In this document: one piece after another, positions 37,496-46,780 of the stretch | How the letters are laid out: every line of letters starts with the position of its first letter | How positions within the stretch are numbered: position 1 is the first letter of the stretch | From: an uncultured Anaerolineales bacterium | Lineage (GTDB): Bacteria; Chloroflexota; Anaerolineae; Anaerolineales; E44-bin32 | Assembly (NCBI GenBank): GCA_965603565.1 | Contig: CBFDDM010000002.1 | Span: 1 to 60,557 of the forward strand | DNA: 60,557 bases | Direction of reading: 5' to 3' | Notes under the pieces: generated by a model | What the model was told of the DNA's origin: nothing | The model's input: only the letters and a program-made list of their open reading frames with translations | The model's database searches: none | Position numbers and translations under genes: made by a program

Positions 37496-38395
37496 CTAGC
37501 CGCCCTCGTACGCCGCTTCCAGCGCGGCGATATCGAATTTCTTCATCTGCAACATGACGTCCATCACTGGTCCGGATTTCTCGGGATCGGGGTCGCTCAG
37601 CATCTCGCCCAGCTGAACCGGCACGATCTGCCAGGACACGCCGTACTTGTCCTTCAACCAGCCGCACTGCTCAGCCTCCGGGACCGCCGAGAGCGCCTCC
37701 CAGTATTGGTCGACTTCTTGCTGGGTCTCGCATTCGACATAAAACGAAACCGCTTCGTTGAAACCGAATTCGTGGCGCTGGGCGCTGTCCATTGCCGCGA
37801 ACATCTGATTTTCCAACTCGAAGCTGGCGTGAGCGATCGTGCCCTCCTGATCAGGTTCCTGCCCGGGTCCGTAGCGGCTGATGTCGCCGATCGATGTTCC
37901 ACCGAAGACCCGGGTGTATAACTCGATCGCCTGTTCAGCATGACCGGCCTGGTCCCCCACGAACAAAAGCGAAGGCACGATCTTCTGCGCTGCCGGTGCC
38001 AGGATCAGCTGCCATGAAATGCCGAAGCGGTCCTGGATCCATCCATACCGGGGGTTGAACGGGTACTCGGCCAGCGGCATCAGCGCCTCACCGCCTTCTG
38101 AGAACGCTTCCCAGAATGAATCCACCTGCTCCTTCGTGCCGCAGTGGACGAAAAACGAGATCGACGGGTTGAACTTGAAGATTGGACCGCCGTCGAGCGC
38201 CATGAAGCGCTGACCTTCAAGCTCGAAGTTGGCATTAAGCAATTTACCCTGCATGCCTTCCATCAGGCCTGGTGGTGGATCGTCGGGATAACGTTGTAGC
38301 TGTATGAGCCTCGAATCGGCGAAGACCGAGGTGTAGAACGTCACTGCCTTCTCAGTCTGGTCATCGAACCATAAACAAGGGGTGATCTTCTGCAT
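37496..38395 (-). CDS. Tandem PhnB-like / VOC (3-demethylubiquinone-9 3-methyltransferase-domain) protein
   Basis: Two repeats of the ITPCLWFDDQ.../GWLKDKYGVSWQI type. GGAGG lies before ATG 38395. The track ORF extends to 38485. Confidence 0.7.
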   Translation of the reverse strand: MQKITPCLWFDDQTEKAVTFYTSVFADSRLIQLQRYPDDPPPGLMEGMQGKLLNANFELEGQRFMALDGGPIFKFNPSISFFVHCGTKEQVDSFWEAFSEGGEALMPLAEYPFNPRYGWIQDRFGISWQLILAPAAQKIVPSLLFVGDQAGHAEQAIELYTRVFGGTSIGDISRYGPGQEPDQEGTIAHASFELENQMFAAMDSAQRHEFGFNEAVSFYVECETQQEVDQYWEALSAVPEAEQCGWLKDKYGVSWQIVPVQLGEMLSDPDPEKSGPVMDVMLQMKKFDIAALEAAYEGG

Positions 38396-38533
38396 CGATT
38401 GGTCCTCCAAGCAACCCTGGATCGCATGTCGATCTGTCAGCGCGGGTGAACCTTTGTGTGTCAGGTCGGTATCCATTTGAAACATAACTTATTTGGACAA
38501 TATTTGTCAAGTTATAGCTGGGGATTCAATTCG

Positions 38534-38563
38534 TTGACCATGTTCCTCATCAAATGCTATAAT
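38534..38563 (+). promoter_or_regulatory. Sigma70-type promoter of aspS leader
   Basis: TTGACC (38534-38539), 18-nt spacer, TGcTATAAT (extended -10, hexamer 38558-38563). Confidence 0.55.
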
Positions 38564-38569
38564 CGATGC

Positions 38570-38702
38570 ATGTTATTTCGAGCGCTGATCGCACAGGACG
38601 CTAATCCCATCTCCCATCGGGTGCGGTGTCCGCGCGCTGATTAAGTACGGTCAGGTCGATCTCGCCGCCGCCCGATGGCAACAAGTCGGGCGGCGTGTTT
38701 TT
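38570..38702 (+). promoter_or_regulatory. aspS 5' leader with terminator/antiterminator alternative (T-box-like, class uncertain)
   Basis: Intrinsic terminator CGCCGCCCGA(38666-38675)/TCGGGCGGCG(38686-38695) followed by UGUUUUU. Upstream CCAUCGGG (38614-38621) can pair with CCCGAUGG (38671-38678), excluding the terminator. GGGUGCGGUGUCCGCG resembles the T-box motif but needs indels. Confidence 0.5.
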
Positions 38703-38720
38703 ATGAAGGATGGAGGCATC

Positions 38721-40493
38721 ATGTTGAAAACGCATGCTTGCGGCGAATTAAGGGCCGAACACGAAGGCCAGACCGTTACGCTGGCGGGATGGGTCAACCG
38801 GCGACGTGACCACGGCGGCGTGACTTTCCTCGACCTGCGCGATCGTTCCGGCCTCGTCCAGGTCGTCGCCAACCCGGAGATTTCCGGAGAAGCCCACCTG
38901 GCCGCCACCGATGTGCGCAACGAATGGGTGGTGCGCATCGAGGGCACCGTACAGGTGCGCCCGGAGGGGATGCGCAACCCGGACCTGCCCACCGGTGAGA
39001 TCGAGGTCATGATCGATAGACTCTGGGTGCTTAACCCGGCCAACACGCCGCCGTTTCCGATCAATGAGGAGACCGAGGTGGATGAGAACGTCCGCCTCAA
39101 ATACCGCTACCTCGACCTGCGCCGCGATCGCATGCAGTCCAATCTGAAACTGCGCCACCAGGTCGTCAAATACATCCGCGATTACCTCGACGAGCGTGGC
39201 TTCTGGGAGGTCGAGACGCCGATCCTGTTCAAGACCACGCCTGAAGGTGCCCGCGACTACCTGGTGCCCTCACGTGTTCACCCCGGCGAGTTCTACGCGC
39301 TGCCGCAGTCGCCGCAGCAGCTCAAACAGCTGCTCATGGTCGCCGGTGTCGAGCGCTACTTCCAGATCGCACGCTGTTTCCGCGATGAGGACCAGCGCGG
39401 CGACCGCCAGCCGGAGTTCACCCAGCTCGACCTCGAGATGTCGTTCGTCGAGCGCGAGGATATCATGACGATCACCGAAGATCTCTTCACGACGATGGTC
39501 GAGAAACTGCTGCCTCAGAAGAAACTAATTAACAAGCCCTGGCAGCGGCTAACTTACCAGGAAGCGATGGACCGCTTCGGTCGCGACGATCCCGACATCC
39601 GCTTCAACCTCGAGCTCGTGGACATCGGTGAACTGGCGGAAGGGTCCGGCTTCAAGGTGTTTGAAAGCATCTTGGAGAAGGGTGGTGATGTTCGTGGGAT
39701 AAATGCAAAAGGCTGCGGCGATTTCAGCCGCAAGGACATCGACGAATTGACCGAGTATGTCAAGCAATTCGGTGCCAAGGGCCTCGCCTACCTGGCGGTC
39801 TCCGAGGATGGCGAGCACCGCTCCTCGTTTGCCAAGTTCATCGAAGAAGAGCGCCTCGAAAACATGATCAAAGCGATGCAAGCCGAACCGGGCGACCTGC
39901 TCCTATTCGTCGCCGATCAGCCGGCGGTCGTCTATGAGGCCCTCGGCAGGCTGCGTCTGCACCTCGGCGACCGCCTGGGTCTGCGTGATCCCTCCGTGCT
40001 GGCGTTCCTGTGGGTGATCGATTTCCCGTTTGTCACCTGGAACGAGGAAGAGAAGCGCTGGGATCCTTCCCACCATCTCTTCACCGCGCCGATGCCGGAG
40101 GACGTCCCGCTGCTGGACAGCGACCCGGGAAAGGCGCGCGGACAGCAATACGACATGGTGCTCAACGGCCTGGAGACGGGCGGTGGCAGCATCAGGATCC
40201 ACGACCGGGATCTGCAGGAGAAAGTCTTCAACTTGATCGGCCTTGAACCGGAAGTGGCGAAAGAACGCTTCGGGCACATGCTTGAGGCATTTGAGTTTGG
40301 CACGCCGCCGCACGGCGGCATCGCGCCGGGTATCGACCGGTTAGTGCGCATCTTCGCCGACGAGCAACACATTCGTGAGGTGATCGCCTTCCCGAAGAAC
40401 CAGGCGGCGCGTGATGTGATGGCTGGAGCGCCCTCGCCAGCCGAAGAAAGCCAGCTTGAAGAACTGCATTTAAAGGTCATCGAGAAGGACTGA
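38721..40493 (+). CDS. aspS: Aspartate--tRNA ligase
   Basis: [40 protein letters not shown] and GGGSIRIH class II aaRS motifs. GGAGG lies before ATG 38721. Confidence 0.93.
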   Translation: MLKTHACGELRAEHEGQTVTLAGWVNRRRDHGGVTFLDLRDRSGLVQVVANPEISGEAHLAATDVRNEWVVRIEGTVQVRPEGMRNPDLPTGEIEVMIDRLWVLNPANTPPFPINEETEVDENVRLKYRYLDLRRDRMQSNLKLRHQVVKYIRDYLDERGFWEVETPILFKTTPEGARDYLVPSRVHPGEFYALPQSPQQLKQLLMVAGVERYFQIARCFRDEDQRGDRQPEFTQLDLEMSFVEREDIMTITEDLFTTMVEKLLPQKKLINKPWQRLTYQEAMDRFGRDDPDIRFNLELVDIGELAEGSGFKVFESILEKGGDVRGINAKGCGDFSRKDIDELTEYVKQFGAKGLAYLAVSEDGEHRSSFAKFIEEERLENMIKAMQAEPGDLLLFVADQPAVVYEALGRLRLHLGDRLGLRDPSVLAFLWVIDFPFVTWNEEEKRWDPSHHLFTAPMPEDVPLLDSDPGKARGQQYDMVLNGLETGGGSIRIHDRDLQEKVFNLIGLEPEVAKERFGHMLEAFEFGTPPHGGIAPGIDRLVRIFADEQHIREVIAFPKNQAARDVMAGAPSPAEESQLEELHLKVIEKD

Positions 40494-40506
40494 TTCGCTG
40501 ATTCTA

Positions 40507-40535
40507 TTGCGACTCATTTGCTGTCGTGGTATAAG
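40507..40535 (+). promoter_or_regulatory. Sigma70-type promoter of ncRNA
   Basis: TTGCGA (40507-40512), 17-nt spacer, TGgTATAAG (extended -10, hexamer 40530-40535). Confidence 0.55.
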
Positions 40536-40540
40536 AGGAA

Positions 40541-40757
40541 ATGACCCTGCTGTGCTCGTGATGTAGTCACAGGTCTCGAGCCAACACTTATCGAACGGGG
40601 CTTGTCGTTCCGGATGTGCCGCGATAGGCTACGGCCAAGGCGAAGCATCTGGGCAGGGCCCCACCTGCGAATGCAGGTTCAAGATCGCGCTGCACACGGC
40701 ATGGCGGGGCGCTCTCTTTAAAGCAAGCCTGCGGGGGCAATCCTCGCAGGTTTTTTT
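40541..40757 (+). ncRNA. ssrS: Candidate 6S RNA (SsrS-like regulatory RNA)
   Basis: No credible ORF between a good promoter and the intrinsic terminator (CCTGCG.../...CGCAGG + T7 at 40728-40757). Hand folding gives a rod. The closing stem pairs 40545-40556 with 40698-40709, and a second helix pairs 40557-40562 with 40684-40689. A large central bubble follows, whose 3' strand carries the hairpin ACCUGC-GAAU-GCAGGU followed by UCAAG, as in E. coli 6S. Internal helices include CCGGAUG/CAUCUGG, and the apical hairpin is GGC-UACG-GCC. Confidence 0.5.
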
Positions 40758-40857
40758 ATTCCCTCGAATGGTCTGAGAAAGCGCCCAGGTTGCAGGCCTG
40801 GTCGTTCTGGATTACACTCCAGAATCTCTCAGAGTTAATCGAAAAGGTTTCATTTTT

Positions 40858-41892
40858 ATGAGTGAAGAACGCGAAAAGGCGCTCAACGCGGCGATGAAGG
40901 AGATCAAGAAACGCTACGGTGATGGTGCCGTGATGCGCCTGGGCGAAGCACGACATCTGGAGGTCGCCACGATCCCGACCGGTTCGCTTTCGTTGGACCT
41001 GGCGCTCGGCGTGGGTGGGATCCCGCGCGGCCGCGTGACTGAGATCTATGGTCCCGAGGCTTCCGGCAAGACGACCCTCGCACAGCACATCGTCGCCGAG
41101 GCACAAAAGATGGGCGGAGTGTGTGCGTTCATCGATATGGAGCACGCGCTCGACCCTGCCTACGCCGCTCGCTGCGGCGTCAATATCGAAGACCTTTATA
41201 TCTCTCAGCCCGATACCGGGGAACAGGCGCTCGAGATCGCCGAGACGCTCGTGCGCAGCGGCGCGGTTGATATTGTGGTCATCGACAGCGTTGCCGCGCT
41301 TGTGCCGCGCGCCGAGATTGAGGGCGAGATGGGCGACGCGCCGATGGGCATGCAGGCCCGACTGATGAGCCAGGCGCTGCGCAAGCTCAGCGGAGCGATC
41401 AAGCAGACTAACACCGCCGTCGTTTTCACCAACCAGCTGCGCATGAAGATCGGGGTTATGTTCGGTAACCCCGAGACCACCACAGGTGGCCGCGCGCTGA
41501 AATTTTACGCCTCTGTGCGATTGGACGTTCGTCGCATAGAGAGCATCAAGGTCGGGCAGGAAATCGTCGGCAACCGCGTGCGTGTGCGCGTGGTTAAAAA
41601 CAAAGTTGCCCCTCCCTTTAAAGTCGCAGAATTTGATATCATGTACAATGAAGGTATCTCCAAGCTGGGGGATATACTTGACCTTGGCGTCGAAATGGAT
41701 ATCATCGATCGCAGAGGCTCGTATTATTCCTACGGAGAGACCCGTCTGGGGCAAGGACGCGAGAATTCGAAAGAGTTCTTGCGTGAAAACCTGGATATAA
41801 CAGCTGAAATTGAGCAGGCGATCCGGCAGGAATCCGGTTTGTTCCCACTCGATGCCGTCGATGAAGTCCAGACGGAAGAATCGGAAGAATGA
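40858..41892 (+). CDS. recA: Recombinase RecA
   Basis: 344 aa with Walker [10 protein letters not shown] and canonical RecA sequence throughout. Confidence 0.97.
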   Translation: MSEEREKALNAAMKEIKKRYGDGAVMRLGEARHLEVATIPTGSLSLDLALGVGGIPRGRVTEIYGPEASGKTTLAQHIVAEAQKMGGVCAFIDMEHALDPAYAARCGVNIEDLYISQPDTGEQALEIAETLVRSGAVDIVVIDSVAALVPRAEIEGEMGDAPMGMQARLMSQALRKLSGAIKQTNTAVVFTNQLRMKIGVMFGNPETTTGGRALKFYASVRLDVRRIESIKVGQEIVGNRVRVRVVKNKVAPPFKVAEFDIMYNEGISKLGDILDLGVEMDIIDRRGSYYSYGETRLGQGRENSKEFLRENLDITAEIEQAIRQESGLFPLDAVDEVQTEESEE

Positions 41893-42140
41893 CGATCGCA
41901 CCATTTTGAAGCCCTGGAACATCGTGGGGCGTGGCATAGAATTAGAGAACGATTTTTTGATCGAGATACGACACCGACAGATTTTGAAGTCATTGGTAGG
42001 GAAGCATAGCTTGAGAGGTGGCCCGCACGTAGGGCGAAAGCGTACATAACCTGCCAGCACTCACGGGTTTGCGCCCGTGTGTGCTGTTCGGCGTCGAGTG
42101 CTCGTTTCGAGATCGCACACGTTCTCGCAGACTTTCGTTT

Positions 42141-42174
42141 GCCGCGAACCCACACCGGGTTCGCGGTTTGTTGT
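42141..42174 (+). terminator. Intrinsic terminator/attenuator between recA and recX
   Basis: CCGCGAACCC (42141-42150) / GGGTTCGCGG (42156-42165) 10-bp stem followed by TTTGTTGTT. Confidence 0.6.
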
Positions 42175-42191
42175 TCATGGAAGTTGGCATT

Positions 42192-42842
42192 ATGGCGGGA
42201 AGAATCACCGCCCTGAAATTTCAAAAGAAGAACCCGAACCGGGTCAACGTCTTTATTAACGACATATTCGGTTTCGGTGTTCACAAAAGCCTGGCGGCAG
42301 AATTGCATGTCGGCCAGGTGCTCTCCCCTGAGCAGATCCAGGATCTCGAGCTTCGGGATGAAGAGGAACAGGCGTATCAGAGGGCGTTGGGCTACATAAG
42401 CAGACGCCCGCATGCTGAAAGAGAGATCCGGGACAAATTAACCAGAAAGCGTGTCCCTTCGGAAATTTGTGAGCGTGTTATCGATCGCCTGCGGAGTGCG
42501 TCGTTGGTAGACGACGCTGCCTTCGCAGAAGCCTGGGTCGAAAATCGACGTTTGTACCGCCCCAGAAGCGCCAGAGCGTTGCGACACGAACTGAAACAGA
42601 AGGGTGTCGGTTCCGCTGCGATTGAAGTCGCGCTGCGTGATTTTGATGATGAAGAAGCTGCCTGGCAGGCGGGCCGCAAAGCTGTCCGTCGCTACCAATC
42701 TCTGCCAGAGGATACTGCAGTCAAACGCATGCAGGGCTACCTGGCAAGGCGCGGCTTTTCTTATCGTATCACGCGCAAGATCGTAGACGCTTTACTCACC
42801 GAAGGGTCCGACTCTGAAGGTGAAAGTGAGGTAGTGACGTGA
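42192..42842 (+). CDS. recX: RecA regulator RecX
   Basis: RecX-type three-helix repeats, positioned after recA. ATG 42192 (MAGRITALKFQKKNPNRVNVFI...) is preferred over track start 42069. Confidence 0.8.
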   Translation: MAGRITALKFQKKNPNRVNVFINDIFGFGVHKSLAAELHVGQVLSPEQIQDLELRDEEEQAYQRALGYISRRPHAEREIRDKLTRKRVPSEICERVIDRLRSASLVDDAAFAEAWVENRRLYRPRSARALRHELKQKGVGSAAIEVALRDFDDEEAAWQAGRKAVRRYQSLPEDTAVKRMQGYLARRGFSYRITRKIVDALLTEGSDSEGESEVVT

Positions 42843-44374
42843 GCAATCCAACACTGATAACCGTGATCGGCGTTGTCGTGGCGCTCGCTGTGGGAGCAGT
42901 GACCGGTTACTTCCTGCGACAAATTCAACTGGAACGCATCCGCAAAGCACGGCGCGAAGAAGCCGATCGCATCCTTGAAGATGCGCGTGCCGAAGCTAAA
43001 GACATCGAGCTGAAAGCGCGCGATCAGTCTCTGCGCATCCGCGACGAAGCGGAGGAGGAGATTAAAAAGCGCCGCAATGAACTCAACCGCGAGGAAGAGC
43101 GCATCCAACAGCGGCGTTCCGAGCTAGACAATCGTTTTGAGAACCTCGAGCGGCGCGAGCAATCGCTCAGCAAGCGTCAGAGTTCGCTGGATAAGAAAGC
43201 CAATGAACTTGAAGAGCAGCATGCGGAAATTGTCTTCGAATTGGAAAAGGTATCGAGCATGACGCGTGAGGAAGCGAAAGGACAGCTTCTTGCTGAGGTC
43301 GAGAAGGAATCACGCGCGGACATGCTGCGCATCATCCGGCAGATTGAAGAAGAAGCGCAGATCGAAGGTGAGAGGCGCGCCCGTGAACTGATCGCCGATG
43401 CCATTCAGCGCGTCGCTTCGGAGCATGTCTCGGAGGTGACCGTCTCGGTGGTGCCTCTACCGTCGGATGACATGAAAGGGCGCATCATCGGTCGTAATGG
43501 TCGCAACATACGCGCCTTCGAGCATGTGGCCGGTGTGGACGTCGTCGTCGATGACACGCCAGAAGCGGTCACGATTTCGTGCTTCGACTCGGTGCGGAGA
43601 GAGGTCGCCCGTAGGGCCATGGAGAATCTGGTCCTGGACGGCCGTATCCATCCCTCACAGATTGAGAAAGTCGTCAATCAGCAGCGCGATGAAGTCGACC
43701 GGCTGATTGTGGAAGAGGGGGAAGAAGCAACCTACGAAGCCGGTGTGACCGGCCTGCACCCTGAGATCATCAAGAAACTTGGTCGCTTGAAATTCCGCAC
43801 CTCGTACGGGCAGAACCAGCTGGCGCACGCGGTCGAATCGGCGAAACTCGCCGGCGTCATCGCCGCTGAATTAGGCGCCAATGTGGATATCGCCAAGGCT
43901 GGCGCGCTGCTGCATGACATCGGCAAGGCGATGGACCATGAGGTCGAGGGAACGCACGCAGCGCTCGGCGGTGATTTCTGCCGGCGCTATGGTGTCAGGT
44001 CTGAGGTGATCAACTGCATTGAAAGCCACCACCATGAAGTCGAGCAGGACAGCGTGGAAGCCGTGATTGTAGAGTCAGCCGACGCGATAAGCGGCGCTCG
44101 TCCCGGTGCACGTCGTGAAAGCCTCGAGCAGTACATCAAGCGTGTGCGGGCACTCGAAGAAGTGGCGAACTCCTTCTCAGGTGTCAATAAAAGTTACGCG
44201 CTGCAGGCCGGTCGTGAGATCCGCGTGATCGTGCAGCCGGAGGATATTGATGACCTGGAGGCAACCCGATTGGCACGCGAGATTGCCAAGAAGATCGAAG
44301 AGGGCATGCAGTATCCGGGTCAGATCAAGGTGACCGTGATCCGCGAGACGCGTGCTGTGGATTACGCAAAATAA
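42839..44374 (+). CDS. rny: Ribonuclease Y
   Basis: N-terminal TM, long coiled coil, KH domain (GRIIGRNGRNIRAFE), HD domain (LLHDIGKA). 511 aa. Confidence 0.93.
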   Translation: MSNPTLITVIGVVVALAVGAVTGYFLRQIQLERIRKARREEADRILEDARAEAKDIELKARDQSLRIRDEAEEEIKKRRNELNREEERIQQRRSELDNRFENLERREQSLSKRQSSLDKKANELEEQHAEIVFELEKVSSMTREEAKGQLLAEVEKESRADMLRIIRQIEEEAQIEGERRARELIADAIQRVASEHVSEVTVSVVPLPSDDMKGRIIGRNGRNIRAFEHVAGVDVVVDDTPEAVTISCFDSVRREVARRAMENLVLDGRIHPSQIEKVVNQQRDEVDRLIVEEGEEATYEAGVTGLHPEIIKKLGRLKFRTSYGQNQLAHAVESAKLAGVIAAELGANVDIAKAGALLHDIGKAMDHEVEGTHAALGGDFCRRYGVRSEVINCIESHHHEVEQDSVEAVIVESADAISGARPGARRESLEQYIKRVRALEEVANSFSGVNKSYALQAGREIRVIVQPEDIDDLEATRLAREIAKKIEEGMQYPGQIKVTVIRETRAVDYAK

Positions 44375-44394
44375 GGTGCCAGTTAACCAAATCT

Positions 44395-44430
44395 AAACAA
44401 AACTGGACGCCGTTCGGCGTCCAGTTTTTA
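44395..44430. terminator. Bidirectional intrinsic terminator between convergent rny and 44432-45022
   Basis: CTGGACGCC-gttc-GGCGTCCAG stem-loop (44403-44424), flanked by an A-run upstream and TTTTT downstream. Confidence 0.75.
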
Positions 44431-44431
44431 T

Positions 44432-45022
44432 TTAACGCTGTGGTTTGGGTTTGCGGTAGAGGAAGAGAAAATCTTCAGGGAGATATACCGATCGCAGGGG
44501 TTCATCCCATACGAATTCGGCCGGGGCGGTGAGCGCCAGGGCACGGCTGTCTACCGCCTGTATCAGTTCGACCAATTCGTCGGGGATGACGCTGTCTCCG
44601 ATGTGCTCGCGCAGCAGAGCGAAACGCACGCGCTGCGTGACCTCCTGGTCGTAGTTCGCCTGACGTCCCTTGTTTTCTTCGAGGTCGGTAATGTATGCCT
44701 TCCACAGGTTCAAGCGTGCCCGCATCTCCCCGATTGATTTGGTCTCCACTGCGGTGCGCCATTTTGTGTGCAGCGCTTCCCACTTCGTTTGCAGACGGGT
44801 CGCACTGGTTTGTTGAGCGGCCGGTATTGTTCCTTCCAGCGCTTCCAACTCATATAGCGTGAGCAGCACGCTGGAGATCGTCAAGCGCGGGAAATCCGGG
44901 TTGACGTCGGGAGGGGTGGAAAGCGGCCAGAAAAGCTCGGTCTGTAGCAGGTAGGTCTCCATCTCCTCCAACGCGTTTTCCAGGAACGCCAGGTTGTATT
45001 CCGTTGAGTGCATTTGGGTCAC
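44432..45022 (-). CDS. Hypothetical protein co-transcribed with response regulator
   Basis: 196-aa ORF that overlaps the stop of the upstream receiver gene by 4 nt. No motif recognised. Confidence 0.5.
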   Translation of the reverse strand: MTQMHSTEYNLAFLENALEEMETYLLQTELFWPLSTPPDVNPDFPRLTISSVLLTLYELEALEGTIPAAQQTSATRLQTKWEALHTKWRTAVETKSIGEMRARLNLWKAYITDLEENKGRQANYDQEVTQRVRFALLREHIGDSVIPDELVELIQAVDSRALALTAPAEFVWDEPLRSVYLPEDFLFLYRKPKPQR

Positions 45023-45393
45023 TTTTCGTTTAATGACGCTTTGATCGCATCGAGCAGTTCGCCGCGTGTCGCTGGTTTCACCAGGTATCCGGCAGCACCA
45101 AGCGACTCGCCGCGTTCAACATCCACAAGACGACCCTTAGCCGTCAGGAAGAGAAATGGTGGAAGCGGGGTCGACTCATCCTGCAATTTCTCGATAACTT
45201 CAAAACCGTCCATATCCGGCATCATCACATCCAGCAAGAGCAGGTCAAACGATTCCGACCGGATGCGCTCCAACGCCTCCTCAGCATTGTATACTTTCTC
45301 GATCAGAAAGCCGGCCGGTTTGAGCGTGATTTCAATCAAGCCGGCCGTATCGGGTTCGTCGTCAAGGACCAGAATGCGGACAGGAAGTGTCAT
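45019..45393 (-). CDS. Single-domain response regulator (CheY-like receiver)
   Basis: ILVLDDEPD...DLLLLDVMMPDMDGFEV...LTAKG receiver motifs. Confidence 0.88.
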   Translation of the reverse strand: MTLPVRILVLDDEPDTAGLIEITLKPAGFLIEKVYNAEEALERIRSESFDLLLLDVMMPDMDGFEVIEKLQDESTPLPPFLFLTAKGRLVDVERGESLGAAGYLVKPATRGELLDAIKASLNEK

Positions 45394-45493
45394 GAGAGCG
45401 CCTTTTAGAATGCAGGCTGAAAGATGATTGCGGACATTCTACATTGGGAGGTAGCGCATAGACAAACCCGGAAATGCGTGTATAGAGAATCGC

Positions 45494-46780
45494 CTATATC
45501 AGAAGCAGGACCGGGTTTTCGATGTACTCGCGGAAAACCTGCAGCCAGCGGGCCGCTTCAGCCCCATCCGTGACGCGGTGGTCGGCGGAGAGAGTCACCT
45601 TAAGGCGACGCACGGGCTCGACCTCTCCATTGACGAAGGCAGGTTCTTCGCGCACGCTGCCGATCGCGAGGATCGCCGCTTCGGGCGGGTTGATGATGGC
45701 GATGAAGTGATCCACGTCGAACATTCCCAGGTTCGACACAGTGAAGGTCGAGCCTTCGACATCGTCCGGTCGCACTTTGCCTTCGCGTGTTCGTTCGACC
45801 ATGGCGCGGATTTCTTCGGATAGCGTTCTTAGAGGCTTCAGATCTGCATCGCGCGCTACGACGGTGAGCAGACCTTCATCGACAGCCACAGCGATACCGA
45901 CGTTGATCTCTCCATGCCGGACGATCTCATCGCCATCCAGAGATGCATTCAGGTTGGGAAACTCACGCAGCGCCAGTGCGGACGCTTTCACGATGTAGTC
46001 GTTAACCGAGGTCTTCTCTTCTTCCGGCAAGGCCGCGTTGATCTGCTTGCGTAGATCCATGACGGGACCTGCCTCGACGTCGATGGTCACGTAGAAGTGA
46101 GGTAGTTCCTGTTTGGCGCGGCTCATTCGGCTGCCGATCGTCTTGCGCAGCTTACTGACCGGCACGCGTTCGGTTTCGCGGCGTTCTCCGCTCGGGACAG
46201 AAACGGCCGGACGACGTTCAGGTGCATCCTTCTCGGTTGAGACGCCGCGTTCAAGGGCCTTTTCCACATCGGCTTTGACAATGCGCCCACCCGGGCCGGA
46301 CCCCGATATCGATTGGAGATCGAGACTCTTTTCTTCGGCAATACGGCGTGCCACAGGTGTGGCTTTTACACCGCCCGGGTATTCGGCTTCACCGGATGGC
46401 TCTTCGGCCTTTGCGGGTTCCCGTTCAGGTTTTTCAGCCCCGGCTTCTGTTTTGCGCTCTTCTTCAGCTTGCTCGGGCTCTTTCTGTTCTGCTTGCGCAG
46501 GTTCCCCGCCACCCAACTCCTCGAGGTCGACTTCTTCACCGGCTTCACCGATCACGGCGATCGGCTCGCCCACCGGTACGGGTGTGCCCTCCTGGACGAT
46601 GTGCTTGAGCACGGTGCCGCCTACGGAAGCTTCGACCTCGACGGTGGCCTTGTCCGTCTCGATCTCGGCGAGTACCTCACCTTTCTCGACGGGCTCATCC
46701 TCGCCAATCACCCAGCGAATGAGCACCCCCTCCGCCATGTCAAAACCGAGCTTGGGCATATTGACAATGTCAGCCATCAC
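45494..46780 (-). CDS. pdhC: 2-oxo acid dehydrogenase E2 (dihydrolipoamide acyltransferase, PDH-type)
   Basis: Lipoyl domain (EIETDKATVEVEA), Ala/Pro/Glu linker, E3-binding domain, catalytic DHRVTDGA motif. Confidence 0.88.
   Translation of the reverse strand: MMADIVNMPKLGFDMAEGVLIRWVIGEDEPVEKGEVLAEIETDKATVEVEASVGGTVLKHIVQEGTPVPVGEPIAVIGEAGEEVDLEELGGGEPAQAEQKEPEQAEEERKTEAGAEKPEREPAKAEEPSGEAEYPGGVKATPVARRIAEEKSLDLQSISGSGPGGRIVKADVEKALERGVSTEKDAPERRPAVSVPSGERRETERVPVSKLRKTIGSRMSRAKQELPHFYVTIDVEAGPVMDLRKQINAALPEEEKTSVNDYIVKASALALREFPNLNASLDGDEIVRHGEINVGIAVAVDEGLLTVVARDADLKPLRTLSEEIRAMVERTREGKVRPDDVEGSTFTVSNLGMFDVDHFIAIINPPEAAILAIGSVREEPAFVNGEVEPVRRLKVTLSADHRVTDGAEAARWLQVFREYIENPVLLLI

Noticed and set aside
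40610-40675. Resemblance of CUGGGCAGGGCCCCACC to the 3' end of E. coli 4.5S (SRP) RNA
   Set aside because: There is no GGAA tetraloop or conserved domain IV (AGCA / GGAAG) motif on either strand. The complementary GGGGC-type segment lies in the wrong order. The fold fits a 6S-like rod better.
40756-42060. 434-aa minus-strand ORF covering the recA region
   Set aside because: It is entirely antisense to an unmistakable recA. The Arg/Gly/His-rich low-complexity translation is typical of GC-rich antisense frames.
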